A stretch of 64,000 bases of DNA from Nemertoderma westbladi (lineage: Eukaryota > Animalia > Xenacoelomorpha), in assembly GCA_032718475.1 (NCBI GenBank), contig JAUCBJ010001447.1, forward strand, positions 118,922 to 182,921, given 5' to 3'. The notes below the pieces were generated by a model. The model had not been told where the DNA came from. It saw only the letters and a list, made by a program, of their open reading frames with translations, and searched no databases. Of the stretch, positions 59,019 to 64,000 are shown in pieces. The number at the start of each line of letters is the position of its first letter. Position 1 is the first letter of the stretch. The position numbers and the translations under genes are program-made.

Positions 59019-60110
59019 GTGAAAAATATCGAGTGTTGAAAAATATCGAGAGTAAAAATATCGAGAGCAAAAATATCGAGAGTAAAAATATCGAGTGTTG
59101 AAAAATATAGAGAGTACCAAGGTTGTATAATTTTTTTCCTAATAATGTTCTAGAACAAAAAAATATGTTCTAGAATTAAAATATTTATCAAAATTTGTAG
59201 CTTTAACGTGTTCTATAACATATATAAAAAGAAGAAGAATATACTAGCTGTTTTAAAAACTAAATATGTGTTCTAATACAAAAAAAAATATTAATTATTT
59301 TTTCTATCACAATATATAATTACATAATATATATATATATAAATAATTATATGATTCTTATTATAGCTATCACATGTTTTATAATGCTGTATTTAAAAAC
59401 AATAACAAAAACAAGCTAGTACCGGTATAAAAAATATGGTCAATGGGTACCCAAGGTGTATTAATACCATTTATTTGCACTTACACTGTTGTACCCCATG
59501 CAATATGCCATATTTTTACTCTCGATATTTTCACTATCGATATTTTTCAACACTCGATATTTTTCAACACTCGATATTTTTACTCTCAATATTTTTCAAC
59601 TCTCGATATTTTTACTCTCGATATTTTTACTCTCGATATTTTTACTCTCGATATTTTTACTCTCGATATTTTTACTCTCGATATTTTTACTCTCGATATT
59701 TTTACTCTCGATATTTTTACTCTCGATATTTTTCAACACTCGATATTTTTACTCTTGTTTTTTTTCAACACTCGACATTTTTACTCTCGATGTTTTTTTC
59801 AGCACTCAGATTATTTTCACTCTCGATATTTTTTGAACTCTCGAAATTATCGATATTTTTTAATTCTAGATATTTTTACTCTAAATATTTTTTCTCTAGA
59901 TATTTTTATTCTCGATATTTTTACTCTAAATATTTTTTCTCTAGATATTTTTATTCTCGATATTTTTACTCTCAATCTTTTTACTCTCAATATATTTACT
60001 CTCGATATTTTTACTCTCGATATTTTTTGAACTCTCGAAATTATCAATATTTTTCAACAATCGATGTTTTTACTAGAGTTATTTTTACTCTCGATATTTT
60101 TCATGTATCG
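59019..60110. mobile_element. Foldback-type element with inverted 15-bp tandem arrays
   Basis: (AAAAATATCGAGAGT)n at 59020..59115 facing (ACTCTCGATATTTTT)n at 59510..60105. Confidence 0.7.
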
Positions 60111-61394
60111 AAATTCTCCAATATAACCTTCTGGATAGCATTTATACAAGAATGATACAATTAACACATCTCCAGTCAATATCTATACTATCCCATAGGT
60201 TGACACTTGAACTTAGTCGCCTCAGCTTTGTAGGATATTGCTTTCACGGTGAGGACCAAAGCAAAAAAGCAACCACAGCATTCTTAATATTATGGAAATA
60301 TATAAAATGCAGATGCAATGCGGCATGCCGCTAGCTGTTAGTATTGAAATTCCAAACTTGTATTTTTCGGGAATGCTGCCAATTTATTGGGCACCAAATT
60401 ATCAAAATTCATCCAATCTTGATTTGGAAAATTTAAAGATTTTGAAAATTAGAAGTCAAATTTTGTTTGAAAAAAATTTCATAAAAATTTTGAAAATATA
60501 TCAAATCTTGTTTTGAAAATTTTCTAATTAGGGAATATTCATCAATTCTTAATATTATAAAATCATGTATAGCTTTGTTCAAGTATTATTGTTTATAGAT
60601 AATATTTCAAAGGAATGAGTTTATTCACTGAAAATTATAAATTCAACGATTATAATTATGACGAAAAAAAGAGGGTTCTATTGCTGCTCAATTTCCTTCC
60701 TATTTACTATGCTTTAATCTTCAGAGATATTTATTGATTTTGGGTTTGGTTGCGATTCTATAACGTCCCTATGGTTTTATCCCTATTGGTTATCCGATTT
60801 ACAAAGACTATCATAATTATTGTACACTCGTTCCCCACAACCAAAGCAATAACGTTCCACTTACTGTATAAGTCAGTTTCTTCAGTAAACTGTTATTCCA
60901 GATGGTTTGCGTTCATATTTCAATACGGCTTATTGATTGCATCAATGATTCTATTACTGCGAGCAAAATCTGATATGTCTAACTAGCTAGTATTTCAACT
61001 TTGCTCCAATAAGCACAGTGATGTAATCTTGTATCAGATATAGAAGGCCATTAATGGTTATTGATTGATTTGGAGCCAAACTGACTGCTTCCAATTCACG
61101 GTCTAATAACAATTATTAATTTATACTAATCATTGTAGTAGAACAGAAGCAGTTGAGACAGAGATAACTAAAATACTAAAGCATTAGGTTTCCATTTGTG
61201 AAGACATATTATCTTTCCAATGTATTGTATATTATTAGACCTATACTACTGTATGTATATCCGTCTGGGCGCTACTTCTATCTTGTACAGCCTGTCCAGT
61301 CCAGCAGAGTGTTATTGGTTTTACGGTTAGAAACTGTTGTCGCGTTTCTAAAATTTTCGCAATTCACCAAAATCATTTGCGATCAGGCGAAAAT

Positions 61395-61977
61395 TGTGAC
61401 GGGATCAAGGGATCCCGACCGGGTTGTTGTTCCTACTCGTCACCGCAGGCTGGGATGTTACTGTTTGGCCGAGGCCGTTAGATAAAATTGGATTGAGTTG
61501 GTGTTGTTGTCCGACGGTCTGATATAATAAAATTGAGTAACCGGTAAGCAATAACTGAAGTACAGCAGTAGTAAGTAGATAATGGCGACGGTGACGGTGG
61601 AACAATATCGCCCGTCTGCACTGAAAGCAATAACTGATATATGTATAATTACTCCTACACTGCTGTGGCCTTCAACTAGTGGATGCTCTTCCTCCGCCCC
61701 CATTGGCTAATAATCTACTTCACGCCTCGCACTCTCTCTGGGAGTGTTTCTCTCCCCCCCCCCCCCCCCCCCCCCTGTTGGCCCCAGCTGGTTGTTTCTC
61801 CTTTCGAGGTGGATTGACCTCTAACCTCCCTTTGTGTGGCTTTGGGGTTTGTGTTCTCCCCAGTGTTGGTTGTGATACGAGATTGGTTATTGCCAATCTC
61901 GTATCTCCAACATATTGCTGAAAAGGTGCCACTTCCCATCTTATGAGGGTAAAGCGGCGGAATTGAATCCGCTCACA
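61395..61977 (-). mobile_element. Solo LTR (583 bp) related to family D
   Basis: TG...CA ends, TSD AAAAT (61390..61394 / 61978..61982); shares TGTGACGGGATC..GGATCCCG, AATGGCG..GACGGTG and GCGGAATTG blocks with the D LTRs. Confidence 0.85.
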
Positions 61978-62344
61978 AAAATAATCAAAAATAATTCGTA
62001 AAGTAAAAGCTGTTTAAAATGTTTCGGTTAGAAAACGAACTTGTTATTGTAATGGCAAGCGATATGTTCAGCGTATATAAAATAAGATAAATATTACGAA
62101 TGCAAAATAATGAATAATACCAAGATATATTCGGATAAAGAAGAATACAGATTTATTGTTGTGATACCGGTAGGGTGAAAGTGAAAGTATCTTAGTTGTA
62201 CCGGTAGGCTCTTTATTGCAGTATGTTATTGTCACTAAGAGGTAGGAACAGGTAAGTTGGTGAGGTCATTGACACGTTTGCTGGAGATGGGGAGATCCCA
62301 TCTTGATTAATATGGAACCCAATATCAATCAGGGCTATTGGCTG

Positions 62345-63335
62345 TCCGCCCGGGCGCGGGCCACATTTTTTTTTTTTTATTTATTTTTTTTTTTTTTTTT
62401 CTTTCCTTGGGGCTACATGAATAATACCCGGGCGCGGGGCCACATTTTGTCCTCTCTTTGGGGTTACATGAATAATACCCGGGCGCGGGGCCACGTTTTC
62501 CTCTCTTTGAGGTTACATGAACAATACCCGGGCGCAGGGCCACGTTTTCCTCTCTTTGAGGTTACATGAACAATACCCGGGCACGTGGCCATGTTTTCCT
62601 CTCTTTGAGGTTACATGTATAATACCCGGGCGCGGGGCCATGTTTTCCTCTCTTTGAGGTTAAACGAACATTACCCGGGCGCGGGGCCACGTTTTCCTCT
62701 CTTTGAGGTTACTTGAACAATACCCGGGCGCGGGGCCACGTTTTCCTCTCTTTGAGGTTACATGAACAATACCCGGGCACGGGGCCATGTTTTCCTCTCT
62801 TTGAGGTTACATGTATAATACCCGGGCGCGGGGCCACGTTTTCCTCTCTTTGCAGTTACATGTATAATACCCGGGCGCGGGGCCACGTTTTCCTCTCTTT
62901 GAGGTTACATGAACAATACCCGGGCGCGGGGCCACGTTTTCCTCTCTTTGCAGTTACATGTATAATACCCGGGCGCGGGGCCACGTTTTCCTCTCTTTGA
63001 GGTTACAAGAATATTACCCGGGCGCGGGGCCACGTTTTCCTCTCTTTGAGGTTACATGAACAATACCCGGGCACGGGGCCATGTTTTCCTCTCTTTGAGG
63101 TTACATGTATATTACCCGGGCGCGGGGCCACGTTTTCCTCTCTTTGAGGTTACATGAACATTACCCGGGCGCGGGGCCACGTTTTCCTCTCTTTGAGGTT
63201 ACAAGAATATTACCCGGGCGCGGGGCCACGTTTTCTTTTTTCTCTCTTTGAGGTTACATGTATAATACCCGGGCGCGGGGCCACGTTTTCCTCTCTTTGA
63301 GGTTACATGAACAATACCCAGGCACGGGGCCATGT
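62345..63335. repeat. 49-bp tandem satellite
   Basis: About 19 copies of TACCCGGGCGCGGGGCCACGTTTTCCTCTCTTTGAGGTTACATGAACAA. Confidence 0.92.
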
Positions 63336-64000
63336 TTTAAACTTTAACCCTTTAATTTAATTATATTACAAATTCGTCTACTAAAATATTTGCTGTTTAA
63401 ATCTCCATCTATTAAAATAACTCGTTGTCATTCGCCAAATTAAATTTATGTATTACTAAATACAATTATATATATAGACCTACAGTATAAACAAAAAATG
63501 TTAAAAAATCGCAGTCTGCCCCTACTAATTACCATAAATCTATCGCTAAATTAGCACTCCTAATACATAGTCCCTATCCTTCCTATTCTTATCTATCTAC
63601 TTTCTACTCTACCTTACCTACATTATCTATCTACTTTCTACTCTACCTTACCTACATTATCTATCTATCTATATGCCATCTTCTTCTTCACCTCTCTATT
63701 CTGCATCTGCAACACCCTACAGTATAATATTACTTCAAACCACTACTTACTACATCCATTCTATCAAATGTTACATATATTTACATTTTATATAATCCCA
63801 TCCTACTGGTGGGCAGCCGTTTACTAGCCCTGCTATTTGGCTGTTCTCCAGTACCCATTTATATAGAACTTACCATATATAGTATGTATTCATGTTAATT
63901 TCTATTTTATACTGAGTTATTGTTATTTTGAATTATTATTTGAAGGGTAAAAATAAACATTGAAACATTGAAAACATTGATTGAAACATTGAAACCCGAG

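Noticed and set aside
59436-60155. ORFs of 195-239 aa with (SRYFY)n or (TLDIF)n
   Set aside because: Artefacts of a stop-free 15-bp tandem repeat
52700-64000. Host protein-coding exons
   Set aside because: No ORF with a recognisable host domain or coherent splice structure; short exons cannot be excluded by eye

Overview
AT-rich animal-type genomic DNA with no recognisable host gene; most of the window is transposable elements. It holds four BEL/Pao (Belpaoviridae)-type LTR retroelements and one solo LTR. A (minus, <1..12436) is disabled and its 3' LTR is off-window. D (minus, 15122..22228, TSD TTAAA) has gag only. B (plus, 23434..51442, TSD GGGTG) is a Gag-protease-only relative of A and sits inside a TTAA/CCC piggyBac-type non-autonomous element. 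C (minus, 24639..41167, TSD ATTGT) is nearly intact and nested in B. The solo LTR is 61395..61977. LINE fragments, MITEs, satellites and two hammerhead-ribozyme repeats fill the rest. Main observation: none of the four elements has a tRNA primer-binding site. In each, the bases directly after the 5' LTR are the reverse complement of a segment inside its own LTR: exactly 11 nt in A, B and C, and 10 of 11 in D. A and B show compensatory changes at this pairing. This is the signature of Tf1-like self-primed reverse transcription, which to my knowledge has not been described in BEL/Pao. Element C also has non-canonical TA...TA ends, a Pol III tRNA-like unit in its LTR, an extra triple zinc-knuckle ORF and a stem-loop motif repeated five times. 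All alignments were done by eye.
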